A DNA stretch of 16,907 nt, from NCBI GenBank assembly GCA_019057815.1, contig JAHLWR010000038.1:1-16907 (forward strand), in the 5' to 3' direction. This DNA is from Candidatus Heimdallarchaeota archaeon. GTDB taxonomy: Archaea; Asgardarchaeota; Heimdallarchaeia; Heimdallarchaeales; Heimdallarchaeaceae. Made by a program: the position numbers and the translations under genes. This document shows positions 7,858-16,301 of the stretch, piece by piece (position 1 is the stretch's first letter; each line of letters opens with the position of its first letter). The notes under the pieces were generated by a model that saw only the letters and a list, made by a program, of their open reading frames with translations, made no database searches and was not told where the DNA came from.

Positions 7858-8127
7858 TCATTTTTTACCAACATTAGATAAGATTTGAAGAGAGAGATTA
7901 ATCCATCTCAGGTATGAATTCATGGCTGCTCGTGCAGATACCGAATCTTGAGCAATTATTATAAGTATAAGTTGTTCATCTTCTGTACTCAAACGGACAG
8001 ATGCCCTGTCATTTGGATTATAAGTTGTTTCCAAGTTTAACGCATCAAATAAGAGTTTACTAACATGTCTGCTCTCAAGTTTTATCTTCATAACTAGTTC
8101 AATATCACTAATAAAATTTGAGACCAT
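7858..8127 (-). CDS. pcc1: KEOPS complex subunit Pcc1
   Basis: AQDSVSARAAMNSYLRWI motif, size, and conserved position after the Brix gene. GTGA 5 nt before ATG 8127. Confidence 0.88.
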   Translation of the reverse strand: MVSNFISDIELVMKIKLESRHVSKLLFDALNLETTYNPNDRASVRLSTEDEQLILIIIAQDSVSARAAMNSYLRWINLSLQILSNVGKK

Positions 8128-8151
8128 TTTATTCACTTTATCAATGTATAA

Positions 8152-8709
8152 CTATAATCCATTTTCTATCCTTCTAGGAACAATCCTCAACTTGATTCTA
8201 GGACCTGTTTGTTGATTGTCTTTATCCAAGAATTCAACGAAAATCAATCCTTCCTCTTTGTCTAAATAATCAGCATAAACGGTAACATAATCGTGTTTTT
8301 CTAATTTACTTATATCTTCAGTTGTTGTATTGAATAACCTAGAAATAATTGTTTCTTCTTCAGAGTTGTTTAATGACGATATCAAGAGTGAAAACCTTGG
8401 TGACCTCCCTTCTGATTGTTTTCCATACTCTCTTGAGAGGGTAGATCCCCGAATTTTAATAGCATAAGGCAATTCGTGAGGTGAATCAACAAGATTAAAA
8501 ATACGAAGGAAATTAGGATTTCCTTTTATGGAATTTATTATTACAGCCGTGGCGCAACCTTGACTTTTTATCATTCCAAGAGAATAAGAAAGACGACTGG
8601 AGCCTCTAGTAAAGCGAGATGACCTTGGTACAACTTTTATAATGTCGTGAATGAAAGAACGAGTCTTTTTTGCTGGATTGCGTGATGTTGTAAAGCTAAT
8701 TCTTCTCAT
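8152..8709 (-). CDS. Brix-domain (Imp4-like) ribosome biogenesis protein
   Basis: TTSRNPAKKTRSFIHDI, RG, KGNP, GPRIK; superoperon context. GGTG at 8720-8717 before ATG 8709. Confidence 0.88.
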   Translation of the reverse strand: MRRISFTTSRNPAKKTRSFIHDIIKVVPRSSRFTRGSSRLSYSLGMIKSQGCATAVIINSIKGNPNFLRIFNLVDSPHELPYAIKIRGSTLSREYGKQSEGRSPRFSLLISSLNNSEEETIISRLFNTTTEDISKLEKHDYVTVYADYLDKEEGLIFVEFLDKDNQQTGPRIKLRIVPRRIENGL

Positions 8710-8752
8710 CAATATACACCTATCTCACTGAACAATAAAAAGTTGACTGGTC

Positions 8753-8777
8753 TTTATATTCAACCTATAGCTATAGG
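8753..8777 (-). promoter_or_regulatory. Putative Brix-pcc1 promoter: AATATAAA box preceded by the 14-bp palindrome CCTATAGCTATAGG
   Basis: Perfect palindrome at 8764-8777; AATATAAA at 8760-8753 on the minus strand. Confidence 0.5.
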
Positions 8778-8889
8778 ATATGCAATTAAGGAAGGAGAAA
8801 AAAATTGAAGGTTTACTTTTTTCTTTGAGTATATAAATGAAATTTAACATGTATAAACAATCTTTCAAAGTGTAAAGAGTAGTTGTGAG

Positions 8890-9171
8890 TTAAGCATTCT
8901 CTTTCAATGCTTCTGAAATACGAGTAATTCTACGTAACATGCTTTTACCAGCACTTGTAGTAGGCTCCCAAGCCCCTCCGGCTCTCTTTTCTCCGCAGGT
9001 TTTACAAGCCCATATTCCAAGTCCATCTCTAATGAATGTCGGTTTAAAACAAATTGGACAGCGATAAGAAATCTTACTCTTTTCCTCTATTTGTCTTACC
9101 CTTTTTCTGATGGTACTTCCATACCTGGCACCATAACGACCAGTTGAACCTACTTTCTTAGTACGTCCCAA
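8890..9171 (-). CDS. rpl37ae: 50S ribosomal protein L37Ae (eL43)
   Basis: RTKKVGSTGRYGARYG, CPIC...GIWACKTC...AGGAW; TTG start 6 nt after GGTGA (9182-9178). Confidence 0.97.
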   Translation of the reverse strand: MGRTKKVGSTGRYGARYGSTIRKRVRQIEEKSKISYRCPICFKPTFIRDGLGIWACKTCGEKRAGGAWEPTTSAGKSMLRRITRISEALKENA

Positions 9172-9202
9172 ATCCTTTCACCACGATTTGAAATCTTAGC
9201 TC

Positions 9203-9211
9203 TATTTATAA
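9203..9211 (-). promoter_or_regulatory. Putative TATA box of rpl37ae
   Basis: TTATAAATA on the minus strand 32-40 nt upstream of the start. Confidence 0.55.
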
Positions 9212-9255
9212 GAGTTATTGTTTTTAACAGAAATTAATCATTGAAATCTAAAACA

Positions 9256-9280
9256 TAAAAATAAAAAAATAGAAAAAAAG
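9256..9280 (-). terminator. Oligo-T terminator after rrp42
   Basis: Minus strand CTTTTTTTCTATTTTTTTATTTTTA just after the stop. Confidence 0.55.
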
Positions 9281-9292
9281 AATGATTCTTTT

Positions 9293-10105
9293 TCATTTAG
9301 AAGGTAGTGCTTTCATTAGCTCTTTTCTCAGACCTTTGGATATTTCTAAAGCTTGTTTAACTATTGGCATAACTTCGTCAGGTTTGAGTACACCCTTATT
9401 ACCTTTTTGAGCTGAAACGATGTGGTCATCCTCATCAAAGGCAAAAGTTAATCGCATATCTGTAACTCTTTCTTCTTTGAATGTGGGATCCATTAACAAT
9501 TTTTTTCCTATTCGATATGTAGTTACTGATATTGGGTAGTGTTGAATTTCCAATGGAACTTTCTCTTCAAGAACTTCATGTTCGTCTCCAGTAACTTTAA
9601 CTTTTGGTATTTTGGCTGTAGCTAAAGCCGCTATTGATCCTAATACAGCAGCATCAAACAAGTTCCCATCATGATTGAGAATATAAAAGTCTAGGAATAA
9701 TATCCAAACTAACTTTCCAGGGATAACACACAACTTTGCGAAGTCAATGCAATGTGACTCTCTAATTGCTCTATCTGTAACTCTAGCTAATTCTATAGCT
9801 TTTTCTGAGGGTGGTCCACTTTCAAAAAACGGAGAAGCAATAGGAGATAATTCAGCGCCAGTGGTTATAACACCTGAATTGGGTGAATCTGGGAAGGGTG
9901 TTCCTAAAACTAATTTTACCCCCACAATAATTTTTGTATCTCCCAAAGATACAAGTGCTGAACCTTCAGCTTTTTCAATATAATTAGTTTCAATTTCCAA
10001 TGAACGGTATTGAAGAACTTCCCTACCATCAACTCGCTTATTCTGTTCCAGTAGAGCAAGCATATACTCCTTCTCAATTTCGCTTATTATATACTCATCT
10101 GTCAA
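9293..10105 (-). CDS. rrp42: Exosome complex component Rrp42
   Basis: RVDGR, KAEGSALVSLGDT, PFPDSPNSG, ELARVTDRAIRES, DGNLFDA. TTG 10105 follows GAGGTGG (10118-10112). Confidence 0.96.
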   Translation of the reverse strand: MTDEYIISEIEKEYMLALLEQNKRVDGREVLQYRSLEIETNYIEKAEGSALVSLGDTKIIVGVKLVLGTPFPDSPNSGVITTGAELSPIASPFFESGPPSEKAIELARVTDRAIRESHCIDFAKLCVIPGKLVWILFLDFYILNHDGNLFDAAVLGSIAALATAKIPKVKVTGDEHEVLEEKVPLEIQHYPISVTTYRIGKKLLMDPTFKEERVTDMRLTFAFDEDDHIVSAQKGNKGVLKPDEVMPIVKQALEISKGLRKELMKALPSK

Positions 10106-10106
10106 C

Positions 10107-11093
10107 TTAAACCACCTCAGTTTTATCTTCACCTTCTTTAGAAGGTTCTTGTATTGGATTTTCCTTGGACTCCTCAGGAACTTTCTCCTTCTTGGACTCC
10201 TCAGGAACTGGTTTTGGAGCTTTAAGGGGAGGTTCTTCTACTTTTTTTTCTTTATCTTCTTTAATTGTAGATTCTGTCAGTTTTGCATCTTGTTCCTTGA
10301 TGTCTTCCTTGATGTCTTCCTTGATTTCTGTTTTACCCACCAAATTCTCCACTTCAACGGAAACTTCATCTCTAATTTTAATGTATTTTGCCTTTAGAGC
10401 TTCTTTTTGTATCTTATGAATATCAGTACAACCTTTTAGAGATAATTTCAAGGTTTCTTCAAATTGTTCAATAGTAAATACTCCATCAAGTTGCAATAAA
10501 GATATTTCGTCTAATGTAGGGGAATATCCGACTGGGACATCTCCAGAACCTTTTTGATCTTCAATATTATTCAAATCCAAAACAGCAGTATCATTTATTA
10601 AACCACCAGCTACTCCTGCAATTAATCCTTTCATTGGAATACCCGCATCTGCAAGCGCAATTGAAGCTGCTGTTAAACTTGCACAACGTGTTCCACCATC
10701 TGCTTGCAATACTTGGAGGTAAACATCGATAGTTGTTCGAGGATAGGCCTCCACAAATGCTACAGAGTTAAGGGCATTGGCAATTATTGAAGATATTTCA
10801 CGCTCTCTTCTTGAAGGAGCTGGGCTTTTCCTATCACCGACAGAAAAAGTTGACATCCGATAAAAACATTGAATTAGAGCTCTATCTGGTAGAGCTCGAT
10901 GTTTTGGATGTAATTCTCGTGGACCATAAACTGCTGCAATTATAATATTCCTTCCCATTCGTATTTCAGCTGATCCATCGGCATTTTTTAAAATACCAAC
11001 TTTTATGCTTATAGGACGCATTTGATCTAAGTTACGTCCATCTGTCCTTTTACCTTTTTCATCTATTAAAATTTCAGTACCATCGCCTGCCAT
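10107..11093 (-). CDS. rrp41: Exosome complex exonuclease Rrp41 with a ~85-aa charged low-complexity C-terminal tail
   Basis: RTDGR, ADGSA, AVYGPRE, SRREREIS, phosphate-binding QADGGTRCAS, LDL...ED...D; GGTGA at 11102-11098. Confidence 0.97.
   Translation of the reverse strand: MAGDGTEILIDEKGKRTDGRNLDQMRPISIKVGILKNADGSAEIRMGRNIIIAAVYGPRELHPKHRALPDRALIQCFYRMSTFSVGDRKSPAPSRREREISSIIANALNSVAFVEAYPRTTIDVYLQVLQADGGTRCASLTAASIALADAGIPMKGLIAGVAGGLINDTAVLDLNNIEDQKGSGDVPVGYSPTLDEISLLQLDGVFTIEQFEETLKLSLKGCTDIHKIQKEALKAKYIKIRDEVSVEVENLVGKTEIKEDIKEDIKEQDAKLTESTIKEDKEKKVEEPPLKAPKPVPEESKKEKVPEESKENPIQEPSKEGEDKTEVV
10164..10209. repeat. 19-bp direct repeat CTTGGACTCCTCAGGAACT x2, period 27 nt (VPEESK) in the Rrp41 tail
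   Basis: Identical copies at 10164-10182 and 10191-10209. Confidence 0.9.
10293..10325. repeat. 12-bp tandem repeat TTCCTTGATGTC x2.75 (IKED) in the Rrp41 tail
   Basis: Copies start at 10293, 10305 and 10317 (partial). Confidence 0.9.
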
Positions 11094-11110
11094 AATATCA
11101 CCATAATTTT

Positions 11111-11800
11111 TTAACTTTGTTTTTCAGACAAGAAACTTTGTATTCTGTTTGTTAGATTTTGTGTGAAAGCTTCACGTTCAATTTTCTTTATAGCTTCAAT
11201 AGCTCGCAATTCATCCTCTATTTTCTTTCCTTGTATCCAAATTCGTCCATTTTGACCAGTTATTATTTGGGTTCGGGTTAAACGTTTAATCATGTTTATC
11301 ATAGATCCTTTCTTTCCGATTACCCTTGGAATATGAGCTGATTCTATTTCAATTATCCTTCCACCCCTAAGTTTTCCTAATCCTCTTTCATTTGTTACAA
11401 GCGACGGATCCCTTGTTCTATCGAAAGCAAAAATTTTTGTTAATATGATATCTCCTATATCAAAGATTTTTCTAACATCATCATTAACTGAATCAAATCT
11501 TTTTTCTATTGCATTGTTGGCACTTAGTATTGCAATAAATGGACATGCAATATCGACTATCCAAGATGTAAGACTAATCTCAACAACTTTACCTATTACT
11601 AGATCTCCTGGTCTAGGAACATATTTAGCTTTAAGCGCTTTTACTTGTATAAACTCGCCTTTATCTAGAAATAGTCCAACAACCGTCGCAAAGTAGTTGT
11701 CTCCTTCTCTTATGATCCCATCACCATATTTGTAACTACCTTCAGCCAAAAGTACGCCAGGTACAACTATATCGTGGTTTTCTATTAATGTTTTAGACAT
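11111..11800 (-). CDS. rrp4: Exosome complex RNA-binding protein Rrp4
   Basis: IVVPG, YVPRPGDLVIGKV (S1), GLGKLRGG, PRVIGKKGSMI (KH GxxG), GQNGRIWI. GGTGA at 11810-11806 supports ATG 11800. Confidence 0.96.
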   Translation of the reverse strand: MSKTLIENHDIVVPGVLLAEGSYKYGDGIIREGDNYFATVVGLFLDKGEFIQVKALKAKYVPRPGDLVIGKVVEISLTSWIVDIACPFIAILSANNAIEKRFDSVNDDVRKIFDIGDIILTKIFAFDRTRDPSLVTNERGLGKLRGGRIIEIESAHIPRVIGKKGSMINMIKRLTRTQIITGQNGRIWIQGKKIEDELRAIEAIKKIEREAFTQNLTNRIQSFLSEKQS

Positions 11801-11820
11801 ATTTTTCACCGTTATTATTT

Positions 11821-12567
11821 TCATTCTGCCAATCTTTCTAATATTTTAACTTGTGCCTTTCCTTTTGTTCTAGAGGTTATCTGTTCTAAGAAATCTGCTT
11901 GTGTTCCAGATGGAATTTGAATAATTACAGCTAAAGAACCATCTGATAACCATTCTTCTTGCTGTAAATCACCAGCCCCATGGAAAAATCCGTATAAAGA
12001 ACCAGCATAACTGGGTGGGACTTTGATAGCTAACTTTACAGCTTCAAGTCTGATTGGCATAATTGGTTTTAGAAGATTAATTATTTCTAGTGCTTGACTT
12101 TTTGTATCTTCTTTGTAGTGAATGTTTACCCCCAATTCAAGGATTGTATTTTCAATTCTATCCTTAGGAATTGGTGTATTTTCACGAGGGTTGATACAAT
12201 GAATATGAATAAATTCAACAATGTCCCTTCTTTTTTCCTTTTGTATTTCATCCCTCTGATTTTGAGTCAGCTGTAATTTACCCTCTTTCAGGATTTTAGC
12301 AGCTATCTCACGTTCACTGAATCCTTCACCAAAAACGACTACAATATCGTCATCTGTAGCTTTCTGCCCTCTTGATATATTTTCATAAACGTCATAAGTT
12401 TCAAAAATATCATCGAGTTCAACTTCTTCTCCTTGAATAAAGAGCCAAGCAGGTTCGGGATTAACAAGTAATTCAAACCGTCTTCCATGAGTTTCCAAAC
12501 GAACAATAGATTTTCCACTTAAGTCTATTCGTTTATCACGAACACCACTAGCAAAATCTCGTGACAT
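11821..12567 (-). CDS. sdo1: Ribosome maturation factor SBDS/Sdo1
   Basis: GRRFELLV, ILKEGKLQLT..QR, INPRENTP, WLSDGSL; directly upstream of rrp4. ATG 12567 preferred over GTG 12576. Confidence 0.95.
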   Translation of the reverse strand: MSRDFASGVRDKRIDLSGKSIVRLETHGRRFELLVNPEPAWLFIQGEEVELDDIFETYDVYENISRGQKATDDDIVVVFGEGFSEREIAAKILKEGKLQLTQNQRDEIQKEKRRDIVEFIHIHCINPRENTPIPKDRIENTILELGVNIHYKEDTKSQALEIINLLKPIMPIRLEAVKLAIKVPPSYAGSLYGFFHGAGDLQQEEWLSDGSLAVIIQIPSGTQADFLEQITSRTKGKAQVKILERLAE

Positions 12568-12630
12568 AAATAACACACTCTACATAGATAGTTTACTCAT
12601 TATAGCTTACTGCGATATATGAGAAGTCAG

Positions 12631-12638
12631 ATTTATAA
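12631..12638 (-). promoter_or_regulatory. Putative TATA box of the SBDS-exosome operon
   Basis: TTATAAAT on the minus strand ~65 nt upstream of the ATG. Confidence 0.45.
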
Positions 12639-12768
12639 GAATATCCTTTGATGGCTAACAGCTTTTTATTCATTAAAACACCAGTTATCATATTACAGCA
12701 AAAAGATACTTTATTTAACTTTAAGAATAATGTTAGGAACACAGATAAATACAAGATGGTGGATTTAA

Positions 12769-12813
12769 CCAAACATAGCAGGAGTCCCAGTCCTTTAAGT
12801 GGGGGTAGTACAT
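12769..12813 (+). mobile_element. Degenerate IS200/IS605-family end hairpin (relic or miniature element)
   Basis: GCAGGAGTCCCAGTCCTTTAAGTGGGGGTAGTACAT resembles the recalled GAAGCCCCNNNCTTTAGNNNGGGGTAGTTCAC-type terminal motif; locally GC-rich; preceded by TTTAA at 12764-12768. Confidence 0.5.
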
Positions 12814-12816
12814 TCT

Positions 12817-13332
12817 ATGGTTAATATTTTAGTAACAGGTCAGCCCAGAGTTGGTAAAACAACAATGATTACTAGGATTTTGGTTGAGACAAATAAATCA
12901 GCTATTGGTTTTATAACAAAAGAAATCAGAGAAAAAGGTTACAGAATTGGATTTAACATAGAAACACTTTCAGGAGTAGTAAAACCATTAGCATCAAAAA
13001 AAGGAAAATCTAGTAAATACAGAGTAGGATCATATAATGTTTATGTGGAAAATGTGGATTTTGTTGTTGATTACTTAAAAGCAAAAATTGAATCTGAAAC
13101 GAATTATGACCTAATAGTGTTGGATGAAATTGGAAAAATGGAATTGTATTCCAATTCTTTCAAAGAATTCGTATTGTATTGCCTAAAACAGAAAAATGTG
13201 CTAGGTACAATCATGATGAGAGATAATGATTTCACTTCGCAAATAAAATCCCGTTCCGATACCAGAATTTTTAATTTAACTGAAGAAAATAGGATTACTA
13301 TACAACGAAATATCATGGAGCTAATGAAATAG
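12817..13332 (+). CDS. THEP1/NTPase_1 family nucleoside triphosphatase
   Basis: ILVTGQPRVGKTT, GFITKEIRE.G.RIGF, RVGSYNV, IVLDEIGKMELYS. ATG 12817 preferred; GTG 12799 lies inside the IS-like hairpin. Confidence 0.93.
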   Translation: MVNILVTGQPRVGKTTMITRILVETNKSAIGFITKEIREKGYRIGFNIETLSGVVKPLASKKGKSSKYRVGSYNVYVENVDFVVDYLKAKIESETNYDLIVLDEIGKMELYSNSFKEFVLYCLKQKNVLGTIMMRDNDFTSQIKSRSDTRIFNLTEENRITIQRNIMELMK

Positions 13333-14175
13333 ATGCCAGAAGGTCCAGAGGTTGAATGTACAAGACTCGCTTTATCTCCGCTAACTGGAAAGAGAATCGT
13401 ATCTATCAAATTCACAAAAAACTCACAAAAATATCAGAAATACAAAAATAAACAGCAAGAAGTTAATGGCTTTAATGGACAAAAACTAATCAAAATTGAA
13501 AGAAAAGGCAAATTTCTTATTTGGGTTTTTGAAAGAGAAAAAGTTATCTTGAATCATCTAGGGATGTCTGGTAAATGGATCTTACTAAAAAGTGATAAAC
13601 AGGAATTGCCATCTCACGCTAAAGTATTATTAAATTTGGAAGATTTACCACATGCAGTGTTTGATGATACCAGGAATTTCGGCCAATTTAGAGTCTTCAA
13701 TAGTTATAATTCAGTATTAGAATATAGACCTATAAAAAAGATGGGAATTGATGGTTTAGCTAAAAAGTTTCCAATCGAAGAATTCCTTGAAAAACTAAAC
13801 AAAAAAAATTATGCTAAAAGAGAAATAGGTGCTGTACTACTAGACCAAAAACTTGTTGCGGGAATGGGAAACATATACAAATCTGAATCGTTAGCTTTAG
13901 CAGAAATCAAGCCAATGAGACTTGTTAAAGAGCTTTCAGAAAATGAGAGAGAATTTCTTGGTATTTGCATTTCAAAAACGCTCCATAAAGCTCTAAAAAG
14001 TATGGGAAGTACACTTCAAACATTCAGAACCCCTGATGGTCAAGAAGGTAAAGCACAGAATTGGCATCAAGTATATGGAAAAGAAGGAAATTTATGCAAA
14101 AGATGTGGTAGTAAAATTACTAAACTAATTCAAAATGGCAGGAGTACTTTTTTCTGCTCAAAATGTCAAAAATAG
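13333..14175 (+). CDS. mutM: Fpg/Nei family DNA glycosylase/AP lyase (MutM-like)
   Basis: MPEGPEV, RKGKFL, HLGMSG, DTRNFG, H2TH LLDQKLVAGMGNIYKSESL, zinc finger CKRC...RSTFFCSKCQ. Starts immediately after the NTPase TAG. Confidence 0.92.
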   Translation: MPEGPEVECTRLALSPLTGKRIVSIKFTKNSQKYQKYKNKQQEVNGFNGQKLIKIERKGKFLIWVFEREKVILNHLGMSGKWILLKSDKQELPSHAKVLLNLEDLPHAVFDDTRNFGQFRVFNSYNSVLEYRPIKKMGIDGLAKKFPIEEFLEKLNKKNYAKREIGAVLLDQKLVAGMGNIYKSESLALAEIKPMRLVKELSENEREFLGICISKTLHKALKSMGSTLQTFRTPDGQEGKAQNWHQVYGKEGNLCKRCGSKITKLIQNGRSTFFCSKCQK

Positions 14176-14223
14176 AGTGTATTTTAGGGAAAAAAATAAA
14201 ACTATATAATTCTTTTTAGACAT

Positions 14224-16212
14224 ATGAATTTTAAAGATTTACTTAATTCAATAATGGATGAACTCTCTGGTGAAAGAGCAAAGAGAACGGTAGAGATATT
14301 GTCTACTTTTCACCGAATACAAGCTAGTTCTGGTTTATTATCAGCAATTAAAGTGATTCAAAAAGAGTTAAAAGCTATAGGGGACCAAAACTGTAAGGTT
14401 ATTGAGTACATAGCAGATGGTAAAAAACGTTATTATGATTGGAATACTCCCGTCCCTTGGGAAATTAAAGACGGTTTCTTGAAACTTATTGAACCTGAAG
14501 AGAAAATACTTTGTAGATTCACAGAGACCCCTGTAAGTATTGCAACTCATTCAAAATCAGTTGATATAATAGCTGAGATTGTTGACATTGGAGAAGGGAG
14601 AGAAAAGGATTTTGAAGGGAAAGATGTCAAAGGAAAAATAGTTTTAACATCTGGATCACCTCGATCACTAATAGAAAGAATGCACAAAAATGAGTCAATT
14701 GGAATTCTTGGCTATCCAACTGAGCAGAGAGCTGTAGGACATGCACATTTAATTCAGTATTTAGGAATTTGGCCGAATGCAGAAAATGTAGATAAAGCTA
14801 GTTTTGGATTTTCACTTTCTAGGAAACAAGCATTAGAGTTATTAAATCATTTAAAAAAGGGGAAAAAAGTAGAAGTTCACGCAAAAATCGATGCCAAATT
14901 AGAACCAGGAAATATGCAAATCCTATCTACAAAAATTGAAGGAACAAAAATTCCTGAAGAAGAAATAATTTTAATTGCTCACATTTGTCATCCTTCGCCT
15001 TCTGCTAACGACAATGCTTCGGGTAGTGCTTTATTACTAGAAGTTTTTAGAACAATATTTGAATTGATTAAACAAAGTAAACTACCGCAACCAGAAAGGT
15101 CTCTAAGGTTTTTATGGGTACCAGAATTCAGTGGTAGCCTTCCTTGGATAAAAGAACAGTCTAAGAAAGAAACCTGGAAACCACAATTTTGCATAAACTT
15201 AGACATGGTGGGAGAACACCCTGCTATTATTGGTGAACCATTCACAGTTCATCAATCTAGTATTACAACTCCATTTTACCTTAATGACGTGATCAATTAT
15301 GCAGTTACTATGATTAAAGATAATGGAAAGGCAATTGAACAAGGAGGGTGGCAACACCCTTGGAATTATCGGTTCAAATCGTTCTCTGGTGGGTCAGATC
15401 ATGTTCTTTTCAATGACGAACCAACTAGAATCCCAGCTGTTATGTTTGGTCATAATGATCGATTCTGGCATACAAATTTAGACACTATAGAGAAGGTCGA
15501 TTCAACAGAATTGAAAAGAGTAGGTCTTGTGACAACAATATCTACATTATTAAGTGCCTATATTGCAGAATTCAGTACTGTAATCCTTAATTCTTTTATA
15601 TCTGGATATTTTACGCGAAAAGGACAATTTTTAGAAACGATAACTACAGAGTTTGAAAAATATGAGAATAATAAAGAACAAGAACAAAAATTAGCCTACT
15701 ACATCATGCGACATTTGGGACAGGCATTCATATTAAATGAAAAAACCGCATTGAATTCTATAAAAATGTCTTTTAAAAAAATTGATAGTAATCTCTTAAA
15801 ACTTATAGAAGAGGATATTGAGTCATTTTTAGCGAAATTTGAGACAATTAAACAGAAAATCCCTCTTATGGAAATAAGTGATAAATTAGGGCAGGAATTG
15901 ATTAAAATACCAATAAGAAAATGGAATGGACCAATAGATGCTAGCCACATATATAGAGTTCTTAGCGACGAAGAAAAGGAGTTACAACCACCTAATTTTG
16001 AGATGTCACAAATTGAAAGAATTAAATCCTTTATTCGATCTTCTTCATTTGGAGGAACAATTCACGAAATTATTAACTTAATCAATGGAAAAAGAACAAT
16101 ATTTGATTTGCTTGTCTATCACTCCTTGTCATCTAGGAAAATATCACACTGTTCAACCGTTCTTGATTTTCTTAAACTCATGAAATTAAAGAACTTACTA
16201 GAAATCAACTGA
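14224..16212 (+). CDS. M28-type metallopeptidase (DUF4910-like) with a PA-like insert and a C-terminal wHTH-like domain
   Basis: AHICHP...ANDNASG, FLWVPE, INLDMVG, GGSDH, WHTNLD; DVKGKIVL (PA domain); EIINLINGKRTIFDL tail. Confidence 0.85.
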   Translation: MNFKDLLNSIMDELSGERAKRTVEILSTFHRIQASSGLLSAIKVIQKELKAIGDQNCKVIEYIADGKKRYYDWNTPVPWEIKDGFLKLIEPEEKILCRFTETPVSIATHSKSVDIIAEIVDIGEGREKDFEGKDVKGKIVLTSGSPRSLIERMHKNESIGILGYPTEQRAVGHAHLIQYLGIWPNAENVDKASFGFSLSRKQALELLNHLKKGKKVEVHAKIDAKLEPGNMQILSTKIEGTKIPEEEIILIAHICHPSPSANDNASGSALLLEVFRTIFELIKQSKLPQPERSLRFLWVPEFSGSLPWIKEQSKKETWKPQFCINLDMVGEHPAIIGEPFTVHQSSITTPFYLNDVINYAVTMIKDNGKAIEQGGWQHPWNYRFKSFSGGSDHVLFNDEPTRIPAVMFGHNDRFWHTNLDTIEKVDSTELKRVGLVTTISTLLSAYIAEFSTVILNSFISGYFTRKGQFLETITTEFEKYENNKEQEQKLAYYIMRHLGQAFILNEKTALNSIKMSFKKIDSNLLKLIEEDIESFLAKFETIKQKIPLMEISDKLGQELIKIPIRKWNGPIDASHIYRVLSDEEKELQPPNFEMSQIERIKSFIRSSSFGGTIHEIINLINGKRTIFDLLVYHSLSSRKISHCSTVLDFLKLMKLKNLLEIN

Positions 16213-16301
16213 AAACTACAAATTCTTATTTTTTTATTGTTATTAGGAACAAAGCAAACTATTTTAAGAGAGAATCAATATATCTAGTTCGTAGATTTAC
16301 A

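Noticed and set aside
8725-8850. 41-aa minus-strand ORF (MLNFIYILKEKSKPSIFFSFLNCISYSYRLNIKTSQLFIVQ) at the rpoP position
   Set aside because: Only one Cys, no zinc ribbon and no RBS; it overlaps promoter-like and terminator-like sequence.
10164-10325. Short direct repeats as a CRISPR array
   Set aside because: In-frame coding repeats with periods of 12 and 27 nt, no spacers, and no cas genes.
9747-12276. Plus-strand ORFs 9747-9983, 10149-10397, 10165-10419, 11445-11696 and 12094-12276
   Set aside because: All are antisense to conserved exosome or SBDS genes.
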